A DNA stretch of 64,000 nt from a virus. The number at the start of each line of letters is the position of its first letter. The first letter of the stretch is position 1. Location: positions 32,001-96,000 of IMG/VR virus record IMGVR_UViG_3300033149_001989; one strand, given 5' to 3'. The notes under the pieces were generated by a model. It saw nothing but the letters and a program-made list of their open reading frames with translations, was not told the origin of the DNA and searched no databases. Of the stretch, positions 1-10,719 are shown piece by piece. The translations under genes were made by a program, and so were the position numbers.

Positions 1-780
1 GTGTTCACCAAGAACCAAGTGAACGTAATCATCGCCCTGCTCACCACCATATTGTTTTAGGTCGGCTTTGTGTTGCTGCTTGGTATATCTGACGCTCCTT
101 AGACGAGTAACGTTATGTCTTGAAAATTTATCATCAACTTGGTCACATTCATAAAGAACATTTTTCTCTCTCAAACCATTTGGTACACCGCTAACCCACA
201 ATTGAAAGTTGTCATCCCAGGTCGTGAGACACTGCATTAAGGAGTTCCAAGCAGTATAATTAAATACCTGAGCCTCATCAACAAAAATACAAGGAACGTG
301 CAGCCCGATAACATTACTGTCGGCGGTAGAACCAACGATACGACAACGAATAGTACAACCATTCAGCAGACGAATTTCGTGATTAGACATATTAACACTG
401 TTTCTATCTACGTAATGCTTAAATAGAAAATGACGTCTGAAGAAATTAATCAACCTAAGAAAGATTGGTTCTAATTGTGCCTTGTTCTGAACAACTAACA
501 ATATTTCATTGGCACTAGCTTTTCTATACTTGTTAGCCGAAGAATACCACAATATTTTAGTTTCCATACTAACTGTTTTACCAGTAGTACGCCCAGTACA
601 TATACTAATATGAGGTGAAGAATCTACTAACATTTCTCTTTGATAATTATCAAAATGCCATCCTTTACCTTCCTCTATTTCTTCATCGGTACTTCTAACA
701 AATTCCCCAAAAAATACTGGGTCATCAAGAATCTCAAGAAGTGCCCAATCCCCTTCGCTTAGTACAACTTTTTCCTTCAT
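1..780 (-). CDS. Terminase large subunit, N-terminal ATPase domain (runs off window start)
   Basis: Manual translation from ATG 780: MKEKVVLSEG...YQREML...ICTGRTTGKT (Walker A)...CIFVDEAQ (Walker B)...VSGVPNG (coupling motif); open to position 1; absent from ORF track because it has no stop in the window. Confidence 0.85.
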   Translation of the reverse strand, partial: MKEKVVLSEGDWALLEILDDPVFFGEFVRSTDEEIEEGKGWHFDNYQREMLVDSSPHISICTGRTTGKTVSMETKILWYSSANKYRKASANEILLVVQNKAQLEPIFLRLINFFRRHFLFKHYVDRNSVNMSNHEIRLLNGCTIRCRIVGSTADSNVIGLHVPCIFVDEAQVFNYTAWNSLMQCLTTWDDNFQLWVSGVPNGLREKNVLYECDQVDDKFSRHNVTRLRSVRYTKQQHKADLKQYGGEQGDDYVHLVLGEH

Positions 781-1349
781 CCTTCAGTCAACACAATGTT
801 CTCGTTGGATTCCTCTGCCACAGAGTGAACACCTTTTTTATGGCACTTCCAACACTCACATCTAATCGTATACTTGTAAGGTTCAACTGGTACAATTTCA
901 CTTTCTATAGAACCTTCCTCACCCTTCTCAGTAACATAAATAAAATATTTGGCTAAAACTTGACCACATTTAGGACATACCAACCTCTTTAAACGACTGT
1001 CTAAAAACTTAGAAGCCATATTCTGCAAATTCTCAATATGCTGGATTGGGCTTTCCTCAGTCTCGCTCTGCCTTTTCGCTCTATGAATTCCAAGTTTTTC
1101 CTGCAATTGAGCATAATTCTGGGTAGCATCACGCAAGGCACTATTCAACTCTCTAACCTTCTTAGAATCACTAACCTTGTCTTTTATTTTGTCAAGAGAT
1201 TCATTAATATCTTCAATATTTATTTCGAGGTGGCACAACTGCTTAAGAGAAGCCATATCATTAGCCTCATTCATTTCATCCAGTTCATAAGTCTCAAGAT
1301 ACTTCTCTAGTTTTTCCTGAAGTCGTGCCCCCTTCTTTTTCCTACCCAT
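777..1349 (-). CDS. Coiled-coil protein with Zn ribbon; possible terminase small subunit
   Basis: Directly upstream of and overlapping the terL start; helical N-terminus, CPKC...CWKC; function inferred from position only. Confidence 0.4.
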   Translation of the reverse strand: MGRKKKGARLQEKLEKYLETYELDEMNEANDMASLKQLCHLEINIEDINESLDKIKDKVSDSKKVRELNSALRDATQNYAQLQEKLGIHRAKRQSETEESPIQHIENLQNMASKFLDSRLKRLVCPKCGQVLAKYFIYVTEKGEEGSIESEIVPVEPYKYTIRCECWKCHKKGVHSVAEESNENIVLTEG

Positions 1350-1617
1350 CTGTCTCTATACCCCCTAAAACTACATTATAGTCAGTATCAACATCCCACT
1401 TAGTACCAAGATAATATAATTTAGGACGTATCCCTCTTTTTAGAAACCTTCTCATACGGTCACGTCTTTTATGCTCCACATTTTGCAAATACCGAACCCA
1501 CCGTTCCCTACCTCTTATTTCTTTTTTCCACGTTCTAAAGCAAGTGGAACAAAAAAAGCTGCGCCCCCTTTTTCCACGAGAAATCTCTCTTAAACAAATC
1601 GAACAATAATATTTCAT
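1342..1617 (-). CDS. Hypothetical Zn-finger protein
   Basis: CSIC...CSTC, basic; coupled to neighbours. Confidence 0.55.
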   Translation of the reverse strand: MKYYCSICLREISRGKRGRSFFCSTCFRTWKKEIRGRERWVRYLQNVEHKRRDRMRRFLKRGIRPKLYYLGTKWDVDTDYNVVLGGIETDG

Positions 1618-1624
1618 AGTTTAC

Positions 1625-4600
1625 CTAAGATAGAGAACACGAATCCCCATCACACTCCAAGCACAATTCCAAAACCTGCTGTTGCCTACTCCTATTGCGA
1701 AAAACAGTAAGACCTTTCAAATTAAGGTCATAAGCAAGTTTCAATATTTTTTCAACATCCTCAACAGTCGCACCAAATGGCATATTAATTGTTTTAGAAA
1801 TAGAATTGTTAACATGCCTCTGAAAAGCCGCTTGCATCCTGACATGGTTCTCTGGTAACACTTCCAACGCTGTTCTAAACACCCTCTGCCACTTTTCAGG
1901 AACCTCATCTAAACCAGTAACTCTACCACCATTTTTGATAATCTTATTAACAAGTATTTGAGAGAACCACCCCTCTCGCTTGGCGATAATCTCAAAAATC
2001 GGGTTCACCTCAAAAAACGTCTGGTTTTCAAGAATATTAGTTTTCTGATAAACAATAGCAAATGCTGGTTCAATACCACTTGATGTTTCAGCAATGATAG
2101 AAATAGAACCTGTTGGAGCAATGGTAGTCAAAGTTGCATTCCTTTGTGGTGCTGTTAGTATAGAATCATTAATACTAGGAAAACTACCCCTGTCCTCAGC
2201 CAACTTAATCGATGCCTTACGAGCTTCAACATTAATAAAGTCCATCACCTCTTCCGCAATTACCTCAGCCTCTTTAGAATCGTATGGAATACCGAGCATA
2301 AATAACATATCAGCAAATCCCATTACTCCAAGCCCAATCTTTCGATTTAACTTAACTCGCTTCTCTATAACCTCAAGCGGATAACTAGAAGTATCAATAA
2401 CATCGTCAAGAAACCTGACAGCGTGGTGAACAACCTTCCTTAATGAATTATAAACAATTTGTCCATCCTCAACAAACTTAGACAAATTAATTGAACCAAG
2501 AACACACGCCTCATATGGTAACAAGTCTTGCTCACCACAATTTGACACCACTATACCATTAACAATCAAAGAATGGGTAGTATTAGCAACGACCTCAAAA
2601 ACCTTATCTTCGCCATCGGGCTCAACAGACACCACTTCGGCAGTTTCAGTCCCACCTGCTTTATAATTACTCCAAGTATTAGCAATATTATCTTTTTGTG
2701 GAGACAAGTAAAAGCCGATAATATCTCTAAAAGCCAAGGCATCTCTACCAGTAATATTTAGCATCCAAGCCTGTGAAAAATTACTAACCTTATCCCCATA
2801 TTTTACACCCCTTTTACAACTATGAGCATAGATACTTGACTTGATACCAAAATAGCTCAACATTAATTGGACACGCTCTATTTTATTTTTATTTATAGAA
2901 GTGAGATTTATCACCCTATTTTTCTTGTTTGCTGAACCGTCCGCAGAGAACAACCCTTGTAGTATTCCCTTCATAATAGAAACATTCTTTAATAAGCAAT
3001 CAGGAATATCTCTATCACAACTCAACACACCAAAGTAGTCTCTAGCTTTAGCATTACCCACCTGCATCGTAAATATATTACCTTTTTGCTTATGAAAATG
3101 AACGTTGCCCAACCTAGAACAGTACTTTTCCAAGAACCTCATTGCAAATACTTCTTCACTATTACAAATAAAAGTGTACGAAGCGGGTTCACGCTTACTT
3201 ATATTACCATCGCCTAGCAACCACCCAATAACCCTACCATAATCAAGAGCAGACTCATCAATATCAAAAACGTTTATCGGTGCAATTGTTTGAATACAAA
3301 TTTTATCACCTTTTTTAAGCCCATCTGCTCTTACAAACTGATAAGAATCATAGCCAAAACTTTCTCTACAACCACCAACATCTACCAAAACCTTATGATT
3401 AGCCGTAAGACGTAACGATTGACCAGTGTTCAATATTACTTTATAAACAGGCTCTACACCTTGTGGTATAACTGTAAGTAATGTGCTCGTAACACCATTA
3501 GAATGAACAGAACGCAAATCTGTCAAAACGGGTACTTCACCAATATCTTCTATATTATAAATACCAGATGTAGTAAAAACTTTAGTACCTCTAGCCAACG
3601 CTAAATTTTTTATTAAATGTCCTTGCTTCGGTGTAGGGTTATCTTGTTCTATTTTATCCCAAAAAACAAAACCAGGTTCACCATTTCGCCACGCAGACTC
3701 AGCAATGAACCTAAATAAATGACGAGCATTAACTTTCTTAACAACTTTACCATCCTTTGGATTAAGCAACGAAAAGTCACTATCATTTTTTACTGCTCTC
3801 ATAAATTCATCTGTAATCGCTACAGATATATTAAAATTACTTAAATCGCCCTCTTCCATCTTGCATTGAATAAATTCTATAATGTCTGGATGATTAATCA
3901 ATAACAATCCAAGATTGCCACCACGACGTATGCCACCTTGCTTAATAACATCGCTAATGGTATTAAATATCCTCATAAAAGTAACAGGCCCACTAGCAAT
4001 TCCTTGTGTACTTTTAACAAAGTCTCCTGTTGGTCTTAGTTTAGAGAAGTTGAGACCGACACCACCTCCTGACTTCTGAACCATGCCACAATCCTTAGCT
4101 GTTCGTAAAATCTCCTCCATCGAGTCACCAATTTCAAAGGCATAACAAGCAAACAAATAATTCAGGTCACTATTACCAGCATTAGCAAGGCACGGAGTAT
4201 TCGGCAAGAATATTTGGTTAGCCATCAAATTATAGAAAACTTTACTCCAATAATCTGGATTACTACCATATTGCTTTTCTGCCGATGCCACGTGCTTCGC
4301 CACCCGCTTGAATAATTGCGAAGGTGTTTCTTTAGAACCATTAATATTTTTAAGATACCTCTGTTTCAGGAGTGCCAAGGCATTTACGCCAAGTTTCAAA
4401 TCGTCATCAACACCGATAGCCTCTCTGAAACCACGAATTTCCGCTCTTTTTGCTCTATAGAGAATATATGTCTTGGCAAGCTTAGTTCTACCAGAATTTA
4501 TTAAAACATCCTCTACCTTATCCTGTATTTCCTCTACAGAAATTTCTCTGCTACCATTTATAGTACTAGATACTCTTTCTGCAACCTCCTTAGCAAACCT

Positions 4601-4702
4601 CTCATCAACATCACCAATAGATGCCATCGCCCTGCTAACCGCAGTTACAATCTTATCTGAATTAAACTTTGCTATTCTACCATCACGTTTAATAATTCTC
4701 AA
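1625..4702 (-). CDS. nrdJ: Class II (B12-dependent) ribonucleotide reductase with ATP cone, interrupted by an intein
   Basis: N-terminal ATP cone (IIKRDGR...KI), [71 protein letters not shown]. Confidence 0.92.
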   Translation of the reverse strand: MRIIKRDGRIAKFNSDKIVTAVSRAMASIGDVDERFAKEVAERVSSTINGSREISVEEIQDKVEDVLINSGRTKLAKTYILYRAKRAEIRGFREAIGVDDDLKLGVNALALLKQRYLKNINGSKETPSQLFKRVAKHVASAEKQYGSNPDYWSKVFYNLMANQIFLPNTPCLANAGNSDLNYLFACYAFEIGDSMEEILRTAKDCGMVQKSGGGVGLNFSKLRPTGDFVKSTQGIASGPVTFMRIFNTISDVIKQGGIRRGGNLGLLLINHPDIIEFIQCKMEEGDLSNFNISVAITDEFMRAVKNDSDFSLLNPKDGKVVKKVNARHLFRFIAESAWRNGEPGFVFWDKIEQDNPTPKQGHLIKNLALARGTKVFTTSGIYNIEDIGEVPVLTDLRSVHSNGVTSTLLTVIPQGVEPVYKVILNTGQSLRLTANHKVLVDVGGCRESFGYDSYQFVRADGLKKGDKICIQTIAPINVFDIDESALDYGRVIGWLLGDGNISKREPASYTFICNSEEVFAMRFLEKYCSRLGNVHFHKQKGNIFTMQVGNAKARDYFGVLSCDRDIPDCLLKNVSIMKGILQGLFSADGSANKKNRVINLTSINKNKIERVQLMLSYFGIKSSIYAHSCKRGVKYGDKVSNFSQAWMLNITGRDALAFRDIIGFYLSPQKDNIANTWSNYKAGGTETAEVVSVEPDGEDKVFEVVANTTHSLIVNGIVVSNCGEQDLLPYEACVLGSINLSKFVEDGQIVYNSLRKVVHHAVRFLDDVIDTSSYPLEVIEKRVKLNRKIGLGVMGFADMLFMLGIPYDSKEAEVIAEEVMDFINVEARKASIKLAEDRGSFPSINDSILTAPQRNATLTTIAPTGSISIIAETSSGIEPAFAIVYQKTNILENQTFFEVNPIFEIIAKREGWFSQILVNKIIKNGGRVTGLDEVPEKWQRVFRTALEVLPENHVRMQAAFQRHVNNSISKTINMPFGATVEDVEKILKLAYDLNLKGLTVFRNRSRQQQVLELCLECDGDSCSLS
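2540..3601 (-). mobile_element. LAGLIDADG intein (354 aa) in nrdJ, starting with Ala
   Basis: KNL|[10 protein letters not shown]...LTANH (block B)...GWLLGDG and GLFSADG (LAGLIDADG)...IVNGIVVSN|CGEQ; removal restores NLCGEQ. Confidence 0.85.
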
Positions 4703-4703
4703 T

Positions 4704-5423
4704 TTAAACCACTCCTTTAACTAGTCTATTCATGCCTCTAAAAGCACCATTTGGTGTTATTAGATTTGATAAACCAGAAGCACGTACAGTAACCCAAGTA
4801 GCTCCATGTATAGTGCCGTCATTATCATTTTCCGTTGCATCGTAAGCGGTTGCTCCTGAGCCTTCGTCAAGATACCACAAGCCAACCGTGTGCTCATCAA
4901 GAGGGAATGGCCTTCCTTTACCACCATTCCAGTTAGCCGTTATTTCTTCTTGAGTCCTAGCTTTGTTGGAGATGCGAACTTGCGCTATAATACCAGTAAA
5001 AGACCCCCCTCCTGTTCCTGCTAAGTTATCACCAATATAGCATTTTCCATCGTTAGTATTGATGGCAATTGACTGATTGTCCTCGTTTGTGCTGTTGACA
5101 TAAAGGATTGTTACTCCCTCACTATGGACAAAGGCAAAGTAATACTCGTTTCCGTAGGAGACATAGTAATTAAATGTTACTATCGGACTGGAATATGCTG
5201 AATGGAAGGGCTGGCTACTACTTCTGATACCTACTCCTGACTGCTTTCCTGCTGAATTGTTGCCAATACTAGCTATGTATCCGTAAGATTTTTCCTGTTG
5301 TTTTGGTAAATAGACCCAAGCCTCAATGGTGTGGTCTCCACTTCCCACATTGAAGACCTCGTCATTGCCACAATTCACATAATCATTATCTCCATCGAAG
5401 CTGAGAGCAAATTCTGTAACCAT
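4704..5423 (-). CDS. LamG/concanavalin A-like domain protein (likely virion-associated)
   Basis: ALSFDGDNDYV, TIEAWV, FTGIIAQVRISNKART, GLWYLDEGSG..AYD. Confidence 0.8.
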   Translation of the reverse strand: MVTEFALSFDGDNDYVNCGNDEVFNVGSGDHTIEAWVYLPKQQEKSYGYIASIGNNSAGKQSGVGIRSSSQPFHSAYSSPIVTFNYYVSYGNEYYFAFVHSEGVTILYVNSTNEDNQSIAINTNDGKCYIGDNLAGTGGGSFTGIIAQVRISNKARTQEEITANWNGGKGRPFPLDEHTVGLWYLDEGSGATAYDATENDNDGTIHGATWVTVRASGLSNLITPNGAFRGMNRLVKGVV

Positions 5424-5425
5424 TA

Positions 5426-5857
5426 TTAAACACCCTCAGTTACTAATAGTGTCATTCCCCCGCTTGCACAAATCCCCGCTATCGCTGCTGTACTAAGATT
5501 ACCTAATTTTGAACTCATTTCGTAACTTCCACCACTGGCAGGAATTCTTATTCCTGTGTTAACAGCAGCAGTGCCACCAATATTAATATAGATTTCCTCT
5601 GACGAATCATTAATCAAACAAAGATACTTTCTATTTGTATTTGCTGCTATAACTAGTGTTGAAGAAGCACCAATCTCTGGTGCTGTATGAGTCATGGTAA
5701 CTGTAGAATCAACAACAATATTACCATCAGAGTCAACCTTAACTACTTGATACTCATCGTCACCAACCTGGCCGACAAGCAGCGTTACCTTGCAGTTATC
5801 GTTAAAACTGAGTTCTTTTATTAAATCTCCTAATTGCGCTAATGTATATGTTGCCAT
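5426..5857 (-). CDS. Hypothetical beta-rich protein (possibly structural)
   Basis: Small-residue-rich, AANTNRKYLCLIND; operonic with LamG gene. Confidence 0.5.
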   Translation of the reverse strand: MATYTLAQLGDLIKELSFNDNCKVTLLVGQVGDDEYQVVKVDSDGNIVVDSTVTMTHTAPEIGASSTLVIAANTNRKYLCLINDSSEEIYINIGGTAAVNTGIRIPASGGSYEMSSKLGNLSTAAIAGICASGGMTLLVTEGV

Positions 5858-5864
5858 AATTTAA

Positions 5865-6335
5865 CTACCTCTTATCATGTACTCCCTCACCGTTCCAATA
5901 CTTATTCCAATGAACAAGCACCTCTACAGCACTATCAAAATCGGGGACAATGCGAGTAGCATAATACTCTAACCACCCACCAACATGGTTTTTGGCAATA
6001 ACAAGAGTTGGTTTAGGACAAATCCAAGTGGCATAATAAAACTCGCCAGCGGTCCCCCAACTGGCATCATCACCAGTTAACACAACTACAGCATCAACGT
6101 TACGAACATCATTTAAATCACGATTAATACACTCTTGAATTGTTAACCCATTCTTAAATACGCTATTATCAATCGTCTTACAACTAGTTAAATGCTGCTT
6201 ACCACGCATTGGGTTCCGACATTTAATACCAACCGCATTAAGTTTATCCGTAAGTATGTCTCTTTCTCTTATTGCCTCTTTATAACTTAAGTTGGCAACA
6301 CGACCAGAAAGATAGACTTCGTATTCCTTTTCCAT
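5865..6335 (-). CDS. Nucleoside 2-deoxyribosyltransferase-like protein
   Basis: VYLSG...NPMR...RDLNDVRNVDAVVV...SWGTAGEFYYA; start moved to ATG 6335 behind an SD. Confidence 0.7.
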   Translation of the reverse strand: MEKEYEVYLSGRVANLSYKEAIRERDILTDKLNAVGIKCRNPMRGKQHLTSCKTIDNSVFKNGLTIQECINRDLNDVRNVDAVVVLTGDDASWGTAGEFYYATWICPKPTLVIAKNHVGGWLEYYATRIVPDFDSAVEVLVHWNKYWNGEGVHDKR

Positions 6336-6345
6336 CCCTTTCCTC

Positions 6346-6777
6346 CTATTTTCCTGTAGAACCAAAACCTCCAGCACCACGCTCAGTAGTAGATAATTTA
6401 GTTACCACCTTAAACCCTGTAGGTTCGTTCCGCACTAATCTACATTGTGCAATTCGATGACCAACCTCAAAAATCTCGTGGTTATTCATACAAACACCGT
6501 AGAGTAGTACCATAATTTCACCACGATAATCAGCATCAATAATCCCAGGTGAATTTAAAACTACAATACCTTTGGATGCCATACCACTCCTTGGATATAT
6601 CTCAACGTGATACCCTTTTGGAATCTCAAAGATAAGCCCAGTCCCAGCCTTCTTGAAATAACCATTATAAAGAACAAATCGTTCACACGTATGCAAATCG
6701 AAACACGCCGCATCTTTGGTAGATATTTTCGGTATAATTGCTTTAGAGTTTACCCTTTTTACATTTATAATAGCCAT
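6346..6777 (-). CDS. dut: dUTPase (trimeric)
   Basis: AACFDL, PRSG, GIIDADYRGEI, RIAQ, RGAGGFGSTG. Confidence 0.95.
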   Translation of the reverse strand: MAIINVKRVNSKAIIPKISTKDAACFDLHTCERFVLYNGYFKKAGTGLIFEIPKGYHVEIYPRSGMASKGIVVLNSPGIIDADYRGEIMVLLYGVCMNNHEIFEVGHRIAQCRLVRNEPTGFKVVTKLSTTERGAGGFGSTGK

Positions 6778-7352
6778 TATTCCTCTATCCTATCTACTAG
6801 TCCCATTTCTAAGCATTCTTCACTCTGGTACCACTGAGGAGTATTATCTCTAAGAACTTCATACCAAAAATTAGGATTGCTCCACTGAGTACCGTCCTTA
6901 CATCTCATCGCCATCAAATTAGCAAACTGCTCGTGCCAGTATTCTAACAATTTCCGCTCGGCATCCATATTTTTCATGTCACCAGTAAAACCTGTAGTAA
7001 CTCCGTGAGCCATCTGGACACACAACCGCCCCATCGTCCTCTCGTCACAACACTGCAAAATAAAAAAAGCCATAGAGCAAGCCTGACCGTGAACTTGTCC
7101 AATAACTCTTATACCACGACGTTGTGCTATCCTGATTCCCCTGATTATAGACAATCCAGAAAAAATGTTACCGCCTGGCGAAGCAATAATAATTACAATT
7201 GGTTTCTCAGAATTGCTCAGAAGAATCATATGAATATCTTCAATAAACTGAGCCGCAGTCCCAGACTCTATCTCACCACTTAATAAAATTATCCTTTTGT
7301 CCCTTAATTGTCGTCTTTCGTATTCCGCAATAACGATAACATCTTCACACAT
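6777..7352 (-). CDS. ClpP-like serine protease
   Basis: RIILLSGEI, IASPGG, GQACSMA (catalytic Ser), MAHG (His), EECLEMGLVDRI. Confidence 0.8.
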   Translation of the reverse strand: MCEDVIVIAEYERRQLRDKRIILLSGEIESGTAAQFIEDIHMILLSNSEKPIVIIIASPGGNIFSGLSIIRGIRIAQRRGIRVIGQVHGQACSMAFFILQCCDERTMGRLCVQMAHGVTTGFTGDMKNMDAERKLLEYWHEQFANLMAMRCKDGTQWSNPNFWYEVLRDNTPQWYQSEECLEMGLVDRIEE

Positions 7353-7559
7353 CAAGCCACTCCGTCTTTTCCAAAATATCTTTTGCAATTTTTTTGTCTC
7401 GCTCATTCATTTGCGAATAAACTGCTTTTATAACTCTACGAATAAGTTCCTGCTCGTAATAGGAAAACCCAGGGGCTGTTAACTTAGCCGTCATATCCCG
7501 AAGCCTTCTTAAACTTTCCTCTAACTTCATTGTAACACACCAACACCGACTTGTCAAGC

Positions 7560-7823
7560 CTACCTGTTACGACAGCGACTACAAGTTCGGAAAATATCAT
7601 CAAGGTCTCTTCCTGATATTTTAGTTACTATTTCGGCATACCTGGGAAACTTACCCACCATATATTCTCTCTTCTTGGGGTCCGCCATATCAGCAATGTG
7701 AAGACAACACCACATACAAATTTGCTTTGTCAGTACTGGGCAAGTAAATAAAATACCCGCATAACCTGATTTTGTCATTTTTGCATGTTCTTCTTTTAAT
7801 TCATTTGCTAAAGCGCACTTCAT
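7560..7823 (-). CDS. Hypothetical Cys-rich protein
   Basis: CPV...ICMWCC...CSRC. Confidence 0.5.
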   Translation of the reverse strand: MKCALANELKEEHAKMTKSGYAGILFTCPVLTKQICMWCCLHIADMADPKKREYMVGKFPRYAEIVTKISGRDLDDIFRTCSRCRNR

Positions 7824-8074
7824 TTTTTCCTATCCCTCCTATGAAAATAATTATAGAGGTCAATTTCTATGTTTGTCAAATTATTAAACAGTGTAAACAA
7901 TTCCGAAACAATAGCAAACCTGGCAACCCTATTTGTTCTAGCATCAGAACCAAGTAACTCAAGATTATCTATAATGGTTTGCATCCTATCCTTCTCTATA
8001 TTAAGAGCCTTTATCAATTTTCTTAGTTGCATCGAACCCACAACTCCGATGTACAAAGTACGTACTATTATCAA
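7820..8074 (-). CDS. Hypothetical protein
   Basis: ORF coupled to the downstream gene; start uncertain. Confidence 0.45.
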   Translation of the reverse strand: MIIVRTLYIGVVGSMQLRKLIKALNIEKDRMQTIIDNLELLGSDARTNRVARFAIVSELFTLFNNLTNIEIDLYNYFHRRDRKK

Positions 8075-8134
8075 TTAATAATATATTATATAGTACTTAT
8101 TGTACATAAATTTTGGTATCTCATTTTTGGTGTT

Positions 8135-8725
8135 TTATACACGAGGTTTCCTAACAGAATTTCCTAACACCTTCTTTTTTGACACAGTTTTATCCATCTC
8201 TCTTTTTAAATGCTCAACATCGGAATCTGTGTACAAAATAAGTTTACCGCAGCGTTTACCTTTATTCAAATCCATTGGCAAATCCAGATGAGTTCCCCTG
8301 AACTTGTGCCGTCCATTTTTTATTTCACGCCAGTATTTACCACTCTCTGTATTTACAAATGCATGAATATTGAATTTGAACCCTCGGTAATAAATAACAT
8401 AATCTACCCCGCAAATATCAATTTTTTCGTCATACAAAACCTTCTTGAAATGTTTTCTAAGGATATATCCTAAATGATATTCCCGAACATATGACAAATA
8501 AGCTCTTTTTAATCTTGAGGTCAATCCTTTTAATTTTATTTTGGGATAAGTAGATTTGAACTCGTTTATAAATTCTTCTTGGGTTGGTGGAATTTCATCT
8601 TTAATTAAATTTCTAAATGTTGTTAACATAAAAGGAAGGGATTTATTTTCTACCTCAGACCCACGAAATTTCGGCTTGCTTATCTTGTACTTTGAAAGGA
8701 CAACCTCTAATTCCTCGATGTCCAT
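8135..8725 (-). CDS. PD-(D/E)xK nuclease, restriction-endonuclease-like (TaqI-like)
   Basis: RAYLSYVREYH...DEKIDICGVDYVI...FNIHAFV; family resemblance recalled, not searched. Confidence 0.45.
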   Translation of the reverse strand: MDIEELEVVLSKYKISKPKFRGSEVENKSLPFMLTTFRNLIKDEIPPTQEEFINEFKSTYPKIKLKGLTSRLKRAYLSYVREYHLGYILRKHFKKVLYDEKIDICGVDYVIYYRGFKFNIHAFVNTESGKYWREIKNGRHKFRGTHLDLPMDLNKGKRCGKLILYTDSDVEHLKREMDKTVSKKKVLGNSVRKPRV

Positions 8726-9005
8726 AACTTTCTCCGATAGGCACAAAAAACCCGCAAGTAAACTGTCTTTGTTTACTAGGGTCACCTTCATCTTCTTCTG
8801 GATAACCTTTAGTGACACCTCTTGTGTCACAGTCATCGCATTTCCAAACTGACCTGTTAGAAGCAATGTGTGTGTATAGGTATCTCATCGGTTTCTTACA
8901 AACAGGACATCTCGGAACATTGCTAAATCTAATTGCTTTATTTTCCACTGGTCCCTTATGGGCGGTATCATTCTTGTTTTTTGGCCTTTTCTTTATATAA
9001 ATCAT
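8655..9005 (-). CDS. Hypothetical Zn-ribbon protein
   Basis: CPVC...WKCDDC. Confidence 0.45.
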   Translation of the reverse strand: MIYIKKRPKNKNDTAHKGPVENKAIRFSNVPRCPVCKKPMRYLYTHIASNRSVWKCDDCDTRGVTKGYPEEDEGDPSKQRQFTCGFFVPIGESYGHRGIRGCPFKVQDKQAEISWV

Positions 9006-9153
9006 CCCGCTGCTCAGGCGTTAGTTTCCTGAATGCTTCGAAACAATTATTTTTGGTAAAACACGAAAATCTAAATAGGCACTTGTTGCACAGATTCGTG
9101 CCGAGAAAAGGTTGGTCTCCCCTTAGTAATGCTGCGTTGTTCATTTGAACCAT
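8968..9153 (-). CDS. Small protein carrying CxxCxxRFxC[ST] module
   Basis: CNKCLFRFSCFT. Confidence 0.65.
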   Translation of the reverse strand: MVQMNNAALLRGDQPFLGTNLCNKCLFRFSCFTKNNCFEAFRKLTPEQRDDLYKEKAKKQE

Positions 9154-9373
9154 TCCTTAATCGCCAACGTTTCTCCCTTAGCGTCTTAACTCTTTTATTA
9201 ATACCCTCTGCGGGAAAGGTAATTACTAAATCGCCATTTGACGTATAACATTTATATCTCAAAGCGCACCCATCACAATTAGTACAGTCGCACCAGAAAG
9301 AATCGTATTGTTTACCATTTGTATCTCGGATGAGTATTTGTCTACACTTCATTGGTTTCTGTGTCGGCAGCAC
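9071..9373 (-). CDS. Small protein carrying CxxCxxRFxC[ST] module
   Basis: CTNCDGCALRYKCYT. Confidence 0.65.
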   Translation of the reverse strand: MLPTQKPMKCRQILIRDTNGKQYDSFWCDCTNCDGCALRYKCYTSNGDLVITFPAEGINKRVKTLREKRWRLRNGSNEQRSITKGRPTFSRHESVQQVPI

Positions 9374-9813
9374 TCACTAACATCAATAAATGGAATCTCG
9401 TCAACTAAACCATTATATCCGTGAATAAGTTCTTGTAATTGGTCTTCATTCATATTCGATAATTCAGCAGAATCAATCATATGTATAATATTATCACGCA
9501 ATTCCCTGGCTTCTAAATAAATCTGATGAATACGGGTATCTTTCCAAGGTGCTATATCATTTAATAGTTTTTCTTGGTAAGATTTAATATCATTTATTTT
9601 ACCCTCATCGAATAAGGATACCGCAACGTTATGTGCCCACCTATTATCATTAAATCTACTTGATTGTGCAGGATAGTGTAGTAGCGTTGTCTCTTCAACA
9701 AATTTTACTTTGTGGCGACGGTGCATATTGCTTATCGCTTGAAACGTAGCGTAGGTACGTCTCTTCAATACAGAGTCAGGTCTACCGAATAATTTCATTG
9801 TTTTCCTTTTCAT
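9349..9813 (-). CDS. Hypothetical protein
   Basis: GGAG SD and ATG just downstream of the tmRNA. Confidence 0.6.
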   Translation of the reverse strand: MKRKTMKLFGRPDSVLKRRTYATFQAISNMHRRHKVKFVEETTLLHYPAQSSRFNDNRWAHNVAVSLFDEGKINDIKSYQEKLLNDIAPWKDTRIHQIYLEARELRDNIIHMIDSAELSNMNEDQLQELIHGYNGLVDEIPFIDVSECCRHRNQ

Positions 9814-9824
9814 TATATCTCCTG

Positions 9825-10164
9825 TGGAGGTGGGGAAGGGTCGAACTTCCCGTCCAATATGTCTCCCATTATAATTTCTACAGGTTTAGTTACTTTTTCA
9901 ATTTTCGAAAGGTTTTAGAAAGCAACATCTAAAACTCTCTAGCTTAATTATTTTTACAGTCTTATTAAGCAGCGACTGGTTCTGCTGAGAAACTTTCTTC
10001 TATAACAGCCTCAGCGTCACCGTTGTAGAAGAGTAGCCCTTCATCGAGAACTACGATAAGTACTGATTTCTCAGTTATTTTTTGTGGGCTGTTTTTAATC
10101 TGTTCCCACCTAAGATTACCTGCTTATATAATAAGCCAACACATTGTCGAATCCATGCACCCCC
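9825..10164 (-). ncRNA. ssrA: tmRNA
   Basis: 5' GGGGGTGCATGGATTCGAC; 3' GACGGGAAGTTCGACCCTTCCCCACCTCCA with G3:U pair; resume context AAATAACT-GAG; tag ORF 10072-9968 ending ...PVAA-TAA-TAA. Confidence 0.92.
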
Positions 10165-10311
10165 GTGTTATCTATGCTCTGCTAAGGTATCCCGAACTAT
10201 TTTAAAATAACGGGATAGGACATTTCTGCATTTCTTATTTCAAAAATATTTTTATTTTTACCCCTATATATACTATATCAGTTTTATCCGACTTTGACCA
10301 GTTTAAACTAG

Positions 10312-10719
10312 TCATAAATTAACAAATTTCTTTTGTTTCGTGCTTTTTTCTCGCCAAACGTTTATCAAGTCTATGTCATCTGGTTTTAAACTAAAGATAA
10401 AGTCGAAAAGTAACATATCAAATTCGTTTGAGACATAAATGTCGGGCAAAGCAAGTACATCTGTCCCGACATCCAGCACGGGTTCCTTACTTTCAGGACC
10501 ATCAATGTAAATACCTATACAATTCTTTCTAATGACTATTTCAGCCTTAAATTGATAGTTTTTTTGTAATGGCTCAATTGGAATTGGTAAGAACATCTCA
10601 CCACTCCAGGGAAGACGTTTTAGAGTACGTTGAGCTATTGTTACTTCGTTAAGTAATTTATCATCAATGGTTAATTTATAGGGTTCACCAAAAACCCCAC
10701 ACACAAATAATGTTTTCAT
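10312..10719 (-). CDS. Hypothetical protein
   Basis: ATGA overlap with upstream gene. Confidence 0.6.
   Translation of the reverse strand: MKTLFVCGVFGEPYKLTIDDKLLNEVTIAQRTLKRLPWSGEMFLPIPIEPLQKNYQFKAEIVIRKNCIGIYIDGPESKEPVLDVGTDVLALPDIYVSNEFDMLLFDFIFSLKPDDIDLINVWREKSTKQKKFVNL

Noticed and set aside
741-8852. Plus-strand ORFs antisense to the left-arm genes (e.g. 741, 1038, 2094, 7005, 8556)
   Set aside because: They are shadow frames of well-supported minus-strand genes, with no motifs; the same applies to minus-strand shadows across 16-56 kb.
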